64,000 bases of DNA from NCBI RefSeq assembly GCF_018350175.1, contig NC_058369.1, positions 16,804,001-16,868,000 of the forward strand, in the 5' to 3' direction. The position numbers and the translations under genes are program-made. The DNA is from Felis catus (taxonomy: Eukaryota). Positions 37,170-50,763 of this stretch are shown here, piece by piece. The notes below the pieces were generated by a model. The model was not told the DNA's origin and did no database searches. It worked only from the letters and a program-made list of their open reading frames with translations. Each line of letters starts with the position of its first letter. Within the stretch, counting starts at the first letter, position 1.

Positions 37170-37930
37170 TTCACTTTCCACGCCCTCCCCGCGGAGGAGT
37201 GAGCATGCGCAACGGCAGCTGTGCTTAGCGCTGAAGGCTGCGCGGGGGAGGACTGCATTTCCCAACAGGCCCTGCGTGCAATTTTCGGCCCCGCGTGACG
37301 AGTGACTTCCGGCGTGGAGGGGCGGGGCGCGAGGCTGAGGCAGCAGCTGGGGCAGCTAGGGGAGCGGCCGGGTGGCCGGCGGGCTCAAGCCGCCATGGAG
37401 GCTGTGCCCCGCATGCCCATGATCTGGCTGGACCTGAAGGAGGCCGGTGACTTCCTCTTCCAGCCGGCGGTAAAGAAGGTAAGTGCATCCCCCCCCACCC
37501 TCCTACCTCTCCGGCGTAGCTCCGTCTGCCAGCGCGTGACGCCCCCTGCGCGTCCATCATCTCCCTAGGCCCTGGTCGCAGGGTCGGATGAGGCCAGGAG
37601 GGGCCTTCCCCTGGCTTTTCTCAGCCTGGTTCCTCCCCCCCCCGCCCCCCCGCCCTCCGCAGACATTCCTCTCCCCTCCTCGCCCGCTCGGGGCCAGCAT
37701 CCGCAGCCTTTTTAAAACCCGCTTCCCTACTTCTGCCCCGGGCCATCCACGGTTCCCACCGAGGCACCAGACTTCCTCGGTGTGACGCTCCGGACCTAGT
37801 TCTGCTCCGCCCCTCCTCCACGCTGGGACCGCCCCGCGGGGGAGCGGTGGGCGGCCCTGGCCGTCTAGTTTGAACTGTGCCCTCCGTGCGCTATCAGTCC
37901 AGGAGCGGACTGGGATGGACGCCGGTGATG
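37170..37930 (+). promoter_or_regulatory. PTPN23: PTPN23 CpG-island promoter / first-exon region
   Basis: CpG-dense. NRF1-like GCATGCGCA (~37203), ETS/GABP ACTTCCGG (~37305), GC box GGGGCGGGG (~37319). No obvious TATA. Strong Kozak gccgccATGG. Confidence 0.85.
37395..37478 (+). CDS. PTPN23: PTPN23 (HD-PTP) coding exon 1, start of the Bro1 domain
   Basis: Reads MEAVPRMPMIWLDLKEAGDFLFQPAVKK. Donor gtaagt. 84 nt, phase 0. Confidence 0.97.
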
Positions 37931-40900
37931 GCTCAGCATGTGTGTTTCAAGATGGGAACCAGAGGAATGCCTGACCTCTGCGTTTGGGGTCTCTCTGACA
38001 CTTAGTGCGATTCTCTCCGGTCTCTTGAGAATAAGAAGCATATTCAGGAGCCCCCTTGGGCCGAAAGATACAGGTCCTTGTCATTTTGGGGGAGGGTTAT
38101 TGCTTTTCTTAACTGCTCGAAGGGGATAACAGTTGTAGCTCCTGAAGAAACGTTTGCAGTCGTTGTGTTGAACCGTCAGTTGGACGGGGAAAACAGGCAG
38201 GTTTGGTGGTGATGGAGGAAGAGACCTCTGGCGAGATCAGGTGGGGCTGGTACAGAGAGGGGCCAGGTGTGTTGAATGAGCATCGGGTGCCCTCTGAGAC
38301 ATCTCCCGTGGGGAGGGCCACCTAGTTGCAGTGGGTCAGAGCAGAAGAGAAAAGGAGCCAGGTTGTTGCGGGTTGGCATCCTTGTGTTTTCAGTAGAGCA
38401 GCTACCAAAGTAAGTCCCAGGTAATCTAGGCAGTGCACCACCCAGCAGGGTGCTGAAGAAGAGGGATAGAAGAAAGACAGTAGGTTTGGAAGTAGTTACC
38501 CCAGTAAACTATCTCCCTCCTCTTTATACTGCCCCTGCCTTAGTTCAGACACTCACAGTTCGTATTCCTTTGATTCTGTCATTAAATCTCTTTGGGTGTC
38601 TGTTTCCTCATTTGTAAAGACAGGAAATTAGATTAATCTAAAAGTTAAGAGTTTTGTTACCTTTTCCTCAGACTTTGGTCTTCTATCTGCTCTTTCATAC
38701 AAGCACAATTAGATGACTTTTTCTAAAACAACAAAACTCCTTTGTTTTCTAGTTCAGTCCCAACCCATTTAGAGGTCTGCCTGACCAACCCCAGTTCTTT
38801 CAGTATTTTTTGAGGGTCCAGTGTGTGCTTGATCTATGTATTTGTTACAGATTCTGTTCACATTCAGCCATTTGCTGTTCCCTTAACAGTCTCTGTATAT
38901 TTGCTCTTCTCTGCCTTTGGTTGTGGATTTTCTCCCACCCAGAAGAACTCTCATCTTTGCCTTGTGGGATGGGAATGGGATCCTTCTTTAATGTCTGTAT
39001 ATTCTGTCCATCTTTCAAGGTCCAGTTTAAGTTCTGTCTCTTCCAAAAGGCTTCTTGAATCCGTTCATCTGGATTAATCTTTCCCTTCTCTGAATCCCTC
39101 TTTCCATTCTTTTCCTGGTGTTAGTATGTGTGCTATGTTTTAATTCCTCTATTCAATTCTAAGTGACCTGGGAGGCATCTGCATGCTGCTCGGAGCCTAG
39201 CAGGGCCCCCTCTACATAGTTGGCATTCAGGAAAACATTTCTCAAATGATTGAATGACAGTCGAAAGGGAATTTAGACATGGTGACCATACATTTATGGA
39301 AATCCAGTGGATAAAATCCTAGCCCAGAAAATCCTAGGAGACGTTTTGTTTTTAACTTATCCTTTGATATTCTGATCACTCTTGCCTAACCAACAAGGTT
39401 TTATGTGAGTAATGACTTCGCTGGAGTAGTTGCTCATTACCATTTAGCCTGAGGTGGTATCAGATGCAGAAGAAACTTCGTTTTGCAGACATCACCTCTT
39501 TTTGTTTCCTCTTTGGGATTGGGGAAGATACCACCAGTTTATTTGATAGGTTAAGATTGGGGCTTGTATTGCGTGAACCCACTGAAAAGGAATAGCAGCC
39601 TGTGGGTAGGCTGGGCTCGAGAAGGGCCAGCTCCCTCGGAGTACCCTGGATCTCTTCCTGCAGAGAAGACTGCAGAAGCCACTGCAGCCTGGGAACTCTT
39701 CCTGACCTGGACTCCTCTCCTCAGCCCTTGAGCCCCTACTCTGCCTCTGCCACTCGCACCCTTGTCTTCTTCTACCCTTTCTCTCAGCTGTGGGAACCTT
39801 CACCAATGACTTGGAGCTGAGAGGTAGAATTTAATGTAGAATACTAGGGTAAAAATGGTTCTGTTGAGGTCAACCTGTTGAGCACTATGCTGAGCCTTGG
39901 TAATACAGATGAATAAGAGACTGTTCTTTCTTTCTTTTTTTCTTTCTTTTTTAAAGAATTCAGTTTAGTAGAGGAAACTTAAAATTAAATGGTAATATTA
40001 GTGGAAGTGTATGTGCACTATACAGAAGTACCAGCCTAAGGAGGGGCCATCAGAGAAGGCTTGGTGGGTTTTGAAAGATGAATAGGAATTTTCTAGATAG
40101 CTAAAGGGCTTGTTTCTTTGTGAGGCCTGGGCTGTTGAAAAGACCTTTCATAGTGGTTAGTATTAGTTTTCGCTCCTGATGGACATGCCTTCAATTATGG
40201 AATAATGTGAAATAAGAGCCAAGAGAACAGCAAGCTGGTTTTGAGCTGCAGTGCCAAGCTTTAGGTTGGGATACCTGGACCCACATAATTTTTTAGTGGG
40301 AAAATGCTGCTGTCTTTTCACTTTGTTTCCTGTGCTTTGGAGCCCAGAGTGCTGACTCATTGGCAACTGATGAAGGCTGACCGATACTTTTCATCACTGA
40401 GTGATTTTGGTGACAGGTGTTGGTGTTTGAAGTTGTTTCCTCTTGTCTCAAATACCTGCCTTTAATCAACTGCATTAGAGGTTAAGTCAAGCTCACTTGG
40501 ACTTAGGTGTTAACATCCATCTCTGATTCATTCATTGAACAAATAGTTATTGAGTGACTATATGTGCCAGCCCTGGGAATTCAGGGCTATATGTTATGAT
40601 AAAAATTCCTGCCTTCATGGAGCTTACCTTCTAGGGTCCACATGGTTATCTATCCTCAAGGGCAGACGTATCATGTAGTAGCCACCCTGCCAACTCAGGG
40701 ACTTCTTGGCCTCTCTCTTCCCCACCCTTAGCTGGATTGATTTCTGAATCTCCACTTTTCCACCAGGTTCCTCCAGAGAATCTGCCTACTCTTCAAGGCC
40801 TGCCACCACTTGGCTTCAGCCTCCTTCTCTAATTCATTCCCCCAGGCCTCTCCTATAGGAACTTTCAGTCTCTTTTCCTTCCACATCTGGTCATTGTTCT

Positions 40901-43900
40901 TGCTCTGGTCCTTACTGGAATTCCTTTCTTCTGTTCATCACTCAGGTTGAACCATAACCTCCTCAGGGCCCCTTTAGCTGCCTGGCTGTTATACCACACT
41001 CCTAAATTCAGACCAGGCCTACCGCTGTTAACACTCAGTTGACCTGCACTACAGAGTGCACACTCTTATTACCTCTTCTTACTGTTGATCTTATTCACGT
41101 GTAGGTAAAGCCTCCTTTTCAGGTTTGTGGAATCCTCCCCGCTGCGATTTCTCATGGGATAGCTGACTCCTTTGAAACACTTGCTACATAGAAAAGGAAA
41201 TCAAATGGCCAGAGGCCTAAAAGGGGGCCCTGCCTTCTCAACAGTGAGGAGCATGGGACATTGCCAATTACCTGTGGTGATGACCTGTCTTTTATCACAG
41301 ATCTGGAGTTACCGAGCCTGTCTGCCCACTGTGTTTTACAGCAGAATGGCTCCAGGAACAGATGACGTGCACTGTCCAGTTCATTCTTCTCTGATTTTAA
41401 TCTCCTACACCAAAAGCCTGTATCCATTTCACTTGAGATTCTTTCCTTTCCTCGGGAAGTAATAAATACTTATGTGTGGAGAATGCTTCATAAGTGTTGG
41501 ATGAATGACCTAGTCTAGTTCTGGCACCTGCCAGGAGATGTAACTTGAGTTGTCCTTGCTGGTGTTGTTTAGAAGAGATGTGGGAGAGATTCCTTGAGTG
41601 TAGAGACAGAGGTTAGACTAGGCGAGGATGAAACTCTGTTCTCATCCTCAGTACTGTTGGCTTGTTATTTGGTTTTAGGTTTGCTGACACCAAGGGGCAA
41701 TCCAACTCCTTTCTCTGAATAAAATTAATCTCATGTGAAATTCAGTAGCAAAACATATATCGTATTGTATTTATTAATAATCCTATATGTGGGACTTAGT
41801 TTTGTGTGTATTTCCATGGACCAGCCCAAGGAATCCCCCATTTCCCCATATTTGAGTAAATCCCGCAAGTGGAGAAAAGAGAAATATATGTACAGTGAAC
41901 GAAGGTAATGTTTACACCTGTGATGCCTTTTATTTTCTTTTCTTCTTGGATTATTGCTTTAATTCCGTGAAATTCCAAGATGTTCTATCAAATTAAGAGC
42001 AAAAGCTAAACACCGCCAGCATCTGGGGGTGGGGGGGTGGGGGGAAGCATGCCCAGAAGAATGAGAACATGCTAATTAATACAAGAGAAAGTGACACAAA
42101 AGGAATATCCCTGGGTCAGGAGTCAGGAAACCTGGCTTGGAGTTCTAGCACAGCCATTGCTGATCTCTAGTTTCTATTTTTCCAATCTGCAAAAGAATGG
42201 CAGGACCTAGGATGAATGTTTCTCATCTGTGATGAATGTGATCTTATCTGCCTACAAAATTCTGTGCCATTTGTTGCTCAGTAAAAGAGCAGAGTAGTAT
42301 CATGGAAATAGCCTAGACATTGGAATCAGACCGACCTTGGTTTAGGTCCCATCCCTTCCACTTAATTGCTAGGTGACCTTCAGCTGCTACAAACGATTAT
42401 ATAACTAATCTGGTCCTCATTTTTCTCACCTATAACATGGAAATAATATACCTCTTAAGCCTGTGAGAACAAGAATTAATGCATGTGGGTCCCTATGAGA
42501 GGTCTTCGCATACTATATTGATATTTCTCTGGAAATGGCCTTTGTATTCTTATTGTTTGCACTTGTAACTCCTTCCTCTCTTCTCCACCCCCCCCCCCCC
42601 CCCCCCCAGTGGCTCTGATCCTTAGACATGCTCTCAATTAACATAGACATGTCCATAGGTCTTATTGTTTCCTCAGAAAAGGATCCCCAACTTCTTCAAA
42701 GTCTGGCCGGGCTCTGGAGGTTCTCTGGGTCCTGTTGACCCTAACTACCTGTTGGTTGTGTGGGTGCATTGGGGTCCTGTCATTGCCTTCTATGGTGGCA
42801 GTGACCTGCTGCTAGGCCTTCCATCTCAGATTGTCGGGAGCTTCACATCCTCACCAGACTTTGTTCTGAGCTCTGTAGAACACAGACTGCAAGATGGTCT
42901 CTGTTTTTTGCTCTAGAACCTTCAGCCAGCCTTTTTCCTCTCTTTGGTGGGGGAGTGATCTGCAGTCATAGAGGACTCCATCAGAGTTTAAAAAATAACC
43001 TGGTTGCTCTATTGTGGCTATGAGATTCACTATGTGGCTAGAGATTCATTTTCTCTAACTCTTTCTCTAGATTTATTTATGAGAACTGTATTAAAAATAG
43101 AGGGAATGAATTGGTCTAATGTGCGATTAAGAACCTGGGCTCTGAAACCCACATGTTTGGGTTTTAGTTACTGTTCCATCAGTTATTAGTGCTGTGAACT
43201 CGGCAGATGCCCTGACCTCTTTGCCTCAGTTTGTTTATTTCCTCATCTGTAAAATGGTGATGATAATAGTATCTACTGCTTTGGGTTGTTACAGGGTTTG
43301 AGGAACTTTTTAGGTGCTCACCACAGAGCCTGGTCTGTGGCAGGAGCTCAGTCAGTTTTTGCTGCTGCTGATCTTAGAGGAGGAATGAGACAGGTAGAAG
43401 GTGACCTCTTAAGGACAGTTTGCTGGGGTTGGGAGCAGCCTTTCTCTCTCCTTCACCATGTGTGAACAGCAAGGACAGGTGTTTTTAGCGACGCCAGGAG
43501 AAGCCTTGTTTCTAAGACTCCAGGATCCCTCTATCCCATGGGGCCTCCAGGCTGTGTGTACTGTTACTCTAAAACCTCTTACCAAAAGGGAATTAATCAA
43601 GGAATACATTCCCATTTTAGTCAAGTTCTACCTTACAGCCCAGGCCACACTTTATATTTATGGTGTTTGGAGGGCTGGTTGAGAAGAAGAGGTTTGGCTA
43701 GATCCAAGCGAGGATTGCAAACCAGGAGCCCATAAACGGGCTTAAGAGTGTCTGCGAACTCCTAACATTGTTTGCACATTTTTGCATTTGTGCATAGTTG
43801 AGTATTTCTAGGAAGATTTCTTTCATGGCTTTTATCATATTGTCAAAGGACTTACAGAAGGCCCTGTTGGGCAGAATGTCCCATCTTCTGAATTTTTCGG

Positions 43901-45726
43901 AGTGTCTCCTTTTAGTATTTTCAATTTGTTCATCCCTCCTCTGCATTTCCTGTAAAGGCAGCCATTTGCTGAGGATCTAACACATACTAATGAGGCCCCT
44001 GCTGTTCCTGACGCACTCATTGATTGGTGTGGATTGGAGGGGTGTCACTGGCATGACCCTGCCACAAGGCACAGTCTGGTGCAGGCATGTTTGGAATGTA
44101 GAGAGAGCAGCAGCTGAAGTTCAAGGAAGTGACATTTCATCTGAGTCTTAATGGAGAAGAGGTGACAACATGGGGACAGGTACTGAGACCTGAGAGCAAT
44201 TCCATAGGACTGTTGGCTGGGTGTCCCTGGAACATGCTAGAGGACAGTCTTTGAAGGCTGTTGGGAGCAGGTTGTGAAGAGCCCTGAACTCTGTGCCTAG
44301 GAGATTAGATTTGGACTTGGAGGCTTTGGGGAGCTACTGTTGCACATTCTTTTTAGATTACAATTTTTTCTCTTTAGATTGCAACTCATTTCTCATAATC
44401 TCACTATCCTAAGAAAAGCATATTTTGGTTTATTTTTTTCCTCAGGTGCGTGTGTGTTTCAGAAGGCTCTGAAGTTAGGAGTGACATTGGAGTTGTGCTA
44501 GAAAGATCATTCTGGCCTCTAAGTAAGCGATAGCTTTGAAGGGGTTGCAAGAGGATAGAAAGGAGAGCTCATGGCCACATGGGACTTTCAGCAGGTAAAG
44601 CCAACGGAAGAGTGGTCAGGGTCAGAGGTTTTGGGAACGTGACTGGGTGATGCTGAAACAAATTCAGCAGTAGCCTCCCTTCTGTCTGTCCCACCTCTCC
44701 CTTTCCCTGCCAGGGCAGATAGGAGCTGTTCCACAGCCTTCCAGGTTTCCATGTGGCCAATTCCCTAGCCATGAGGCATAGGTCCTGGGAAGGGACCTCA
44801 CAACAGGTGAGTGGGCCACAGACATCGTGCGAGTGTGCTGCTGGACAGAGAGGCCACCTCTTTTCAGTCTTTGAACCTCAGGGAACCTGTGAGGTGGGCA
44901 TCAGTGCTCAGTGTTTGTGGAATGGATACATCTGCCCCCCTCCCCCCACCCAGATTGCTAACTCAGGCAGCGGGAACTGCAATGGCAGTAGTTCAGCTGC
45001 CTTAGCCTGTTGATCTTAGGTAAACAAGGGGCCTTTTGGCCCAGGCTCTGCCTCCAGACCGATGAGTGTGCTTATTGTCCTAGAGAGTCAGCTCCTGAGG
45101 TGAAGAGTGCTGTTGTGGGCGGGCGTGCCAGTCCCCTCTCTGATGCGGGCAGTGACTTTCCCGTCTCCTGTCTGGATCATTCCCATCACACACCTGTGGG
45201 CCTGTCCTCATGTAAATCCTTTATTCTGTGGTGCTTTTTCCTAGCGAGAAGGGCTGGCTGGTGAAGAAGCCTTTGCACTCCCACTCTTACTTGGTATCTC
45301 TTGTCTGTGTTGGTTGTTGGGTTGGGATTATGGTTGTGATCTCAGAACACAGCAGGGTCCAGTCCTTGAAGGAGGCTTGAATTTGTGGCCTGTTTTGGGA
45401 TGCTCAGTAGGATCCTATTTCAGCCAGCTAAGTTCCCCAATTCCTGACCTGCCAGAGTCCTGGACTTTACAAAGAGGGCAGTAGCATGACAGAGACCAGC
45501 CAGGGTGTTCACACAGGGTCATCCAGTCTTACTTGCCATTTTGCTCAAAGGTGGAGGCTCTCATGGTCAGCTTTTAGTGCTGCCGTGTTACTGAGGTAGA
45601 GTTCCCGGAGGACCAGGAGGTAAGCTCATGCTTGTGGGTCTGGACCCAATCCTGAGCCCTGACTTGTGACTTCCAAGGACTCTGGGCAGGAGTGGGAGCC
45701 GGGGAGTGTTTTGTATTCCTGGCTTA

Positions 45727-45728
<2 letters not shown>

Positions 45729-45779
<51 letters not shown>

Positions 45780-45807
45780 GTGTGTGTGTCTCTATGTGTC
45801 TCTCTCT
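45729..45807. repeat. (CT)n/(GT)n microsatellite at the PTPN23 exon 2 acceptor
   Basis: About 23 TC units, then TG/TC mixed repeats up to the acceptor AG. Confidence 0.95.
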
Positions 45808-45809
45808 AG

Positions 45810-45884
45810 TTTGTCCTGAAGAATTATGGGGAGAACCCAGAAGCCTATAATGAGGAACTGAAGAAACTGGAGTTGCTCAGACAG
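45810..45884 (+). CDS. PTPN23: PTPN23 coding exon 2
   Basis: Acceptor ctctag. Reads FVLKNYGENPEAYNEELKKLELLRQ. Donor gtagga. 75 nt. Confidence 0.96.
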
Positions 45885-46075
45885 GTAGGAGGATAGTATT
45901 TTTATGCACATATGAACAGGATTGGTTTGATAGGGAGGTAAAGAAACCACCTGGAACTGTGTTCTTCTTCTAATTTAGTATTTTTTCCTCTGTAAAAGCA
46001 GCAAAATTAATGATAGAAAAGTTTGAAAATGTAAAAAGTAAAAGATAAGCTTAAAAATCCTTCTCAGAAAGTTTT

Positions 46076-46245
46076 GCATATATATTTTATAATTTATACA
46101 TATTTATATATAATTTATATACTTATATTTAAATGTGTATGTATGTTTATATACTATATATAATTATATAAATATATATGTTAAATTATATAAATATGTA
46201 TATGTGCGTGTGTATATATATATATATATATATACATATATGATA
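46076..46245. repeat. AT-rich (TA)n low-complexity tract
   Basis: Read directly from the sequence. Confidence 0.85.
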
Positions 46246-46246
46246 T

Positions 46247-46779
46247 GATTGACCTTTTAACAACATGGGTTTGAACTGTGTGGGTCCACTTATATGCATT
46301 TTTTTTACAGTACAGTACTATAAATGTATTTTCCTTATGATTTTTTTAAAGTTTATTTATTTTGAGAGAGCGCATGCTTGCGTGCAAGGGACTGGCAGAG
46401 AGTAAGGGAGAGAAGGGATCACAAGCAGTCTCCATGCTGTCAGCTCAGAGCCTGGCTTGGGGTTCGAACTCCCGAACTGTGAGATCATGACCTGAGCCGA
46501 AACCAAGAGTCCAGTACTCAACCAACTAAGTCACCTAGATGCCCCTTCCTTGTGATTTCTTTAACACTTCCTTTTCTCTAGTTTCATTGTAAGAGTACAG
46601 TGTATAATACATATAACGTACAAAATGTGTGTTAATTGACTATTATCAGTGAGGCTGTGGTCAACAGTAGGCTATTAGTAGTTAAGTTTTTGGAAAGTCA
46701 GAAATTATAGTGGATTTTTGACTGCATGGGAGTCAGTGCCCCTACCCAGTACCCCCCTCACTGTTTTAAGTGTCAACTG
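46247..46779 (+). mobile_element. Tigger2-type non-autonomous DNA transposon with an antisense Can-SINE (~46340-46545)
   Basis: Inverted ends ttgaccttttaacaacatggg / ctgttttaagtgtcaactg. Internal tttgaactgtgtgggtccacttata. Confidence 0.75.
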
Positions 46780-47264
46780 TGTATACTGTATAAAACCACA
46801 GTAGGATCATACACCACCCAAACTGCTTATGTAGTCTGTTTTTTTCACTTCATGTATTGTAGATTTGTTTCTGTATTGATGAAAGTAGAACAGTAGTATT
46901 TTTAACGTCCTGTAATCATCACATTGCACTAGAATTTAATTAGTCTAGTCTCAGAGAACATTAGGTTATTTCAGTTTTCGGCATTGTGAATATAATCCCT
47001 GTCTGCATTCTTGGGCACATATGGGATTGTTTCTGTAGGAATTAGTGGGCAGATGGGATGTACTTGTTTTCATGTGCACCCCTAACTCTGATGATATACA
47101 TGCCTACTCCTGCTGTTACTTTTCAGTTCTGGCGGTCTGGGAGTTGAAAAGGGTATTTAATTTTAATTTTCAGTTATTTCATTAATAGTAAGGTTTCACA
47201 GTTGTCAGTGTGTTTGTTGTATACCTTCTTTTAGAAATTGTCAATGTCCTTTGCCATTTTTCTA

Positions 47265-47491
47265 TTTTTTTTTTATTTAAAAAATTTTTTAATATTTATT
47301 TATTTTTGAGAGAGAGAGAGAGTGTGCGAGCAGGGGAGGGGCAGAGAGAGAGGGAGACACAGAATCCGAAGCAGGCTCCAGGCTCCGAGCTGTCAGCACA
47401 GAGCCTGACATGGGGCTCAAACTCATGAAGTGTGAGATCATGACCTGAGCTGAAGTCGGCCACTTAACCTACTGAGCCATCCAGGTGCCCC
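47265..47491 (-). mobile_element. Can-SINE
   Basis: Full SINEC body, T-rich tail, and ctattttt duplicated on both flanks. Confidence 0.9.
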
Positions 47492-47509
47492 TATTTTTCT
47501 ATTCTATAT

Positions 47510-50500
47510 AGGCATACCTTGTTTTGTTTTCTCTTTAAGACTTTTTTTTTTTAAACGCTTATGTATTTATTTTGAGAGAGACACAGAGTGAGAATGGGGG
47601 AGGGACAGAGAGAGAGTGAGAGAGACAGAATCCCAAGCAGGCTATGCATTGACAGTGCAGAGCCGGATGCAGGGCTTGAACCCACAAACCAAGAGATCAC
47701 GATCTGAGCCGAAACCAAGAATTGGAAGCCCAACCAACTGAGCCACCCAGGCGCCCCTAGGCATGCCTTGCACTGTGCTTTGCTTTATTGTGTTTTTTTT
47801 TAAGATTTTGTTTTTAAGAATCTCGATAACCCAACATGGGGGGCTAGAACCCACCACCCCAAGATCAAGAGTCCCATGCTCCACCAACTGAGTCAGCCAG
47901 GCACCCCACTGATCTGTGATCAGTGATTTTTGATGTTACTATTGTAATTGTTTTGCGTACTACAAACTCATATGGAGACTGAACTTAGTAAATGCTGGGT
48001 GTGTTCTTATTGCTCTACTAACTGGCTGTTCCCCTGTCTTTCTTTCCTTGGGTCTCCCTGTTCCTTGCGACACAACAATATTGATATTAGGCCAATTAAT
48101 AACCTTAAAATAACATCTAAGTTTTCAAGTGAAAGGAAGAGCCACATGTCTCTCATTTTAAATCAAAAGCTAGAAATGATTAAGCCTAGGGAGGAAGGCA
48201 CGTTGAAAGCCAAGACGGACTGAAAAGTTGAAAGGTAGGCCCCTTGCTCCAGTTAGCCAGGTAGCCAAGTGGTGAATGGAAAAGACAAGTTCTTGAAGCA
48301 AATTAAAAGTGCTCCTCCAGTGAACACGTGATTAATAACAGAACCACATCAGCCATTGCTGATGTGGAGAAAGTTTGAGTGGTCTGGATAGAAGATCAAA
48401 CCAGCCACAACATTCCCTTCAGCCAAAGCCTAGTCCAGAGCAAAGTCCTTACTCTCTTCAATTCTGTGAAGGCTGAGAGAGGTGAAGAAGTAAAGTTTGA
48501 AACTAACACAGGCTGGTTCATGAGGTTTAAAGAAAGAAGCCATGTCCCTAACATAAAAATATAAGGTGAAGCAGCAAGTGCTGATGTAGCATCTGCAACA
48601 AGTGATCCAGAAAGTTTGGTTAAGATAATTCGTGAAGGCAGCCACACTAAACAACGGATTTTCAATGGAGACATAACAGCCTTCTGATGGAAGAAGATGC
48701 CATCTAGGACTTTGACAGCTAGAGAGGAGAAGTCAATGTCTGACCTCAAAGAACAGGCTGACTCTCTTGTTACAGGCTAATGCAGCTGGTGACTGTAAGT
48801 TGAAGCCAGTGCTCATTTACCATTCTGAAAATCCTAGGGCCTTTAAGAATTATGCTAAACATACACTGCCCGTGCTGTATAAATGGAACAACAAAGCCTG
48901 GATGGCAGCACATGTATTTACAATGTAGTTTACTGTATTTTAAGGCTCCTGTTGAGACCTACTGCTCAAAAAAAAAAAAAAAAAATTCCTTTCAAGATAT
49001 TACTGCTCATTGACAATGCACATGGTCACCCAAGAGCACTGATGGAAATGTACAAGATAAATGTTGTATTCGTGCTAACACAACATCTGTTCTGCAGCCT
49101 ATGGATCAAGGAGTAATTGTGGCTTTCAAGCTTATTCTTTAAGAAATCCATTTCTTTCTTTTTTTTTTTTTAAGTGTTTACTTATTTTTGAAAGAGAACA
49201 TGAGCAGGGGAAGGGCAGAGAGAGAGGGAGACACAGAATCCGAAGCAGGCTCCAGGCTCTGAGCTGTCCGCATAGAGCCTGATGTGGGGCTCAAACCCAT
49301 GAACCGTGAGATCATGACCTGAGCTGAAGTTGGATGCTTAACCGACTGAGCTACCCAGGTGCCCCTCCTGTTTTTATTTTTTAATTTTTTAAATGTTTTT
49401 TTTTTTTTTATTTTTGAGAGAGAGAGAGACAAGCATGAGCAGGGGAGGGGTAGAGAGAGAGGGAGACACAGAAGCTGAAGCAGGCTCCTGGCTCTGAGCT
49501 GTCAGCACAGAGCCCAATGCAGGGCTCAGACCCACCAACTGTGAGCTTATGACCTGAGCCAAAGTCGGACACTCAACCGACTGAGCCACCCAGGCGCCCC
49601 TTTAAGAAAGATATTTCTAAGGCTATAGCTGCATAGATAGTGATTCCTCTAATGGATCTGGGCGGAGTAAATTGAAAACCTTCTGGAAAGGGTTCACCAT
49701 CCTAGATGCCATTAAGAACAGTCATGATTCATGGGAAGAAGTCAAAATGTCAACATTCATGGGAGTTTGGAAGAAGTGGATTCCAGCCCTCACAGATGAC
49801 TTTGAGGGGTTCAAGACTTTAGTGGAGGAAGTAACCACAGGTGTGGTGAAAACAGCAAGAGAACTGGAAGTGGAGCCTGAAGATGGGACTGAAGTGCTGT
49901 GATCTCGTGATCAAGCTTGAATGGATGAGGAGTTGCTTCTAATGGGTGAGCGAAAAAAAGTTTCTTGAGCTGGAATATACTGGTGAAGATGCTGTGAAGA
50001 TTGTTGAAATGACAACAAAGGATTTAGAGTATCATGTACGCTTAGTTGATAAAACAGCAGCGAGACTTGAGAAGATTGACTCCAGTTTTGAAAGAAGTCC
50101 TATTGTGGGTCAAATGTTCTCGAGTAGCATTACACGCTACAGAGAAATCGTTCTTGAAAGGAAGAACCAGTCAGTGCGGCAAACTTCATTGTTGTCTTGG
50201 TTAAGAAATTGCCACAGCCGCCCAGCCATCGGTGACCACCACCCTGATCAAGTCAGCAGCCATCAGTGTGGAGGCAGGACCACCCACCAGCAAAAAGATT
50301 ACAACTCACTGAAAGCTTAGATGATGGTTAGCATTATTTTAGCAATAAAGTGCTTTAAAAAAAATTTTTTTTTTTTAACATTTATTCATTTTTTGAGAGG
50401 CAGAGTGAGACACACTATGAACAGGGGTGGGGCAGAGAGAGAGGGAGACACAGAATCTGAAGCAGGCTCCAGGCTCTGAGCTGTCAGCACAGAGCCCAAT

Positions 50501-50763
50501 GTGGGGCTTGAACTCACGAACTGTGAGATCGTGACCTGAGCTGAAGTCGAATGCTTCACTGACTGAGCCACCCAGGCGCCCCAATAAAGTGCTTTTAAAT
50601 TAAGGTATGAACTTTTTAAAGATCTAATGCTACTGCACACTTAGTAGACTACAGTGTAGTGTAAACATAACTTTTATATGCACTGGGAAACCAAAAAATT
50701 CATTTTGACCCACTCTATTGTTTTGGTCTGGATCTGAACCTGCAATATCTCTGATGTGTGCCT
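47510..50763 (+). mobile_element. Tigger1 DNA transposon (large, degenerate pogo-like transposase) interrupted by five Can-SINEs
   Basis: 5' end aggcatacctt and 3' end gcaatatctctgatgtgtgcct. Transposase remnants [31 protein letters not shown] and [24 protein letters not shown] carry stops and frameshifts. Confidence 0.9.
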
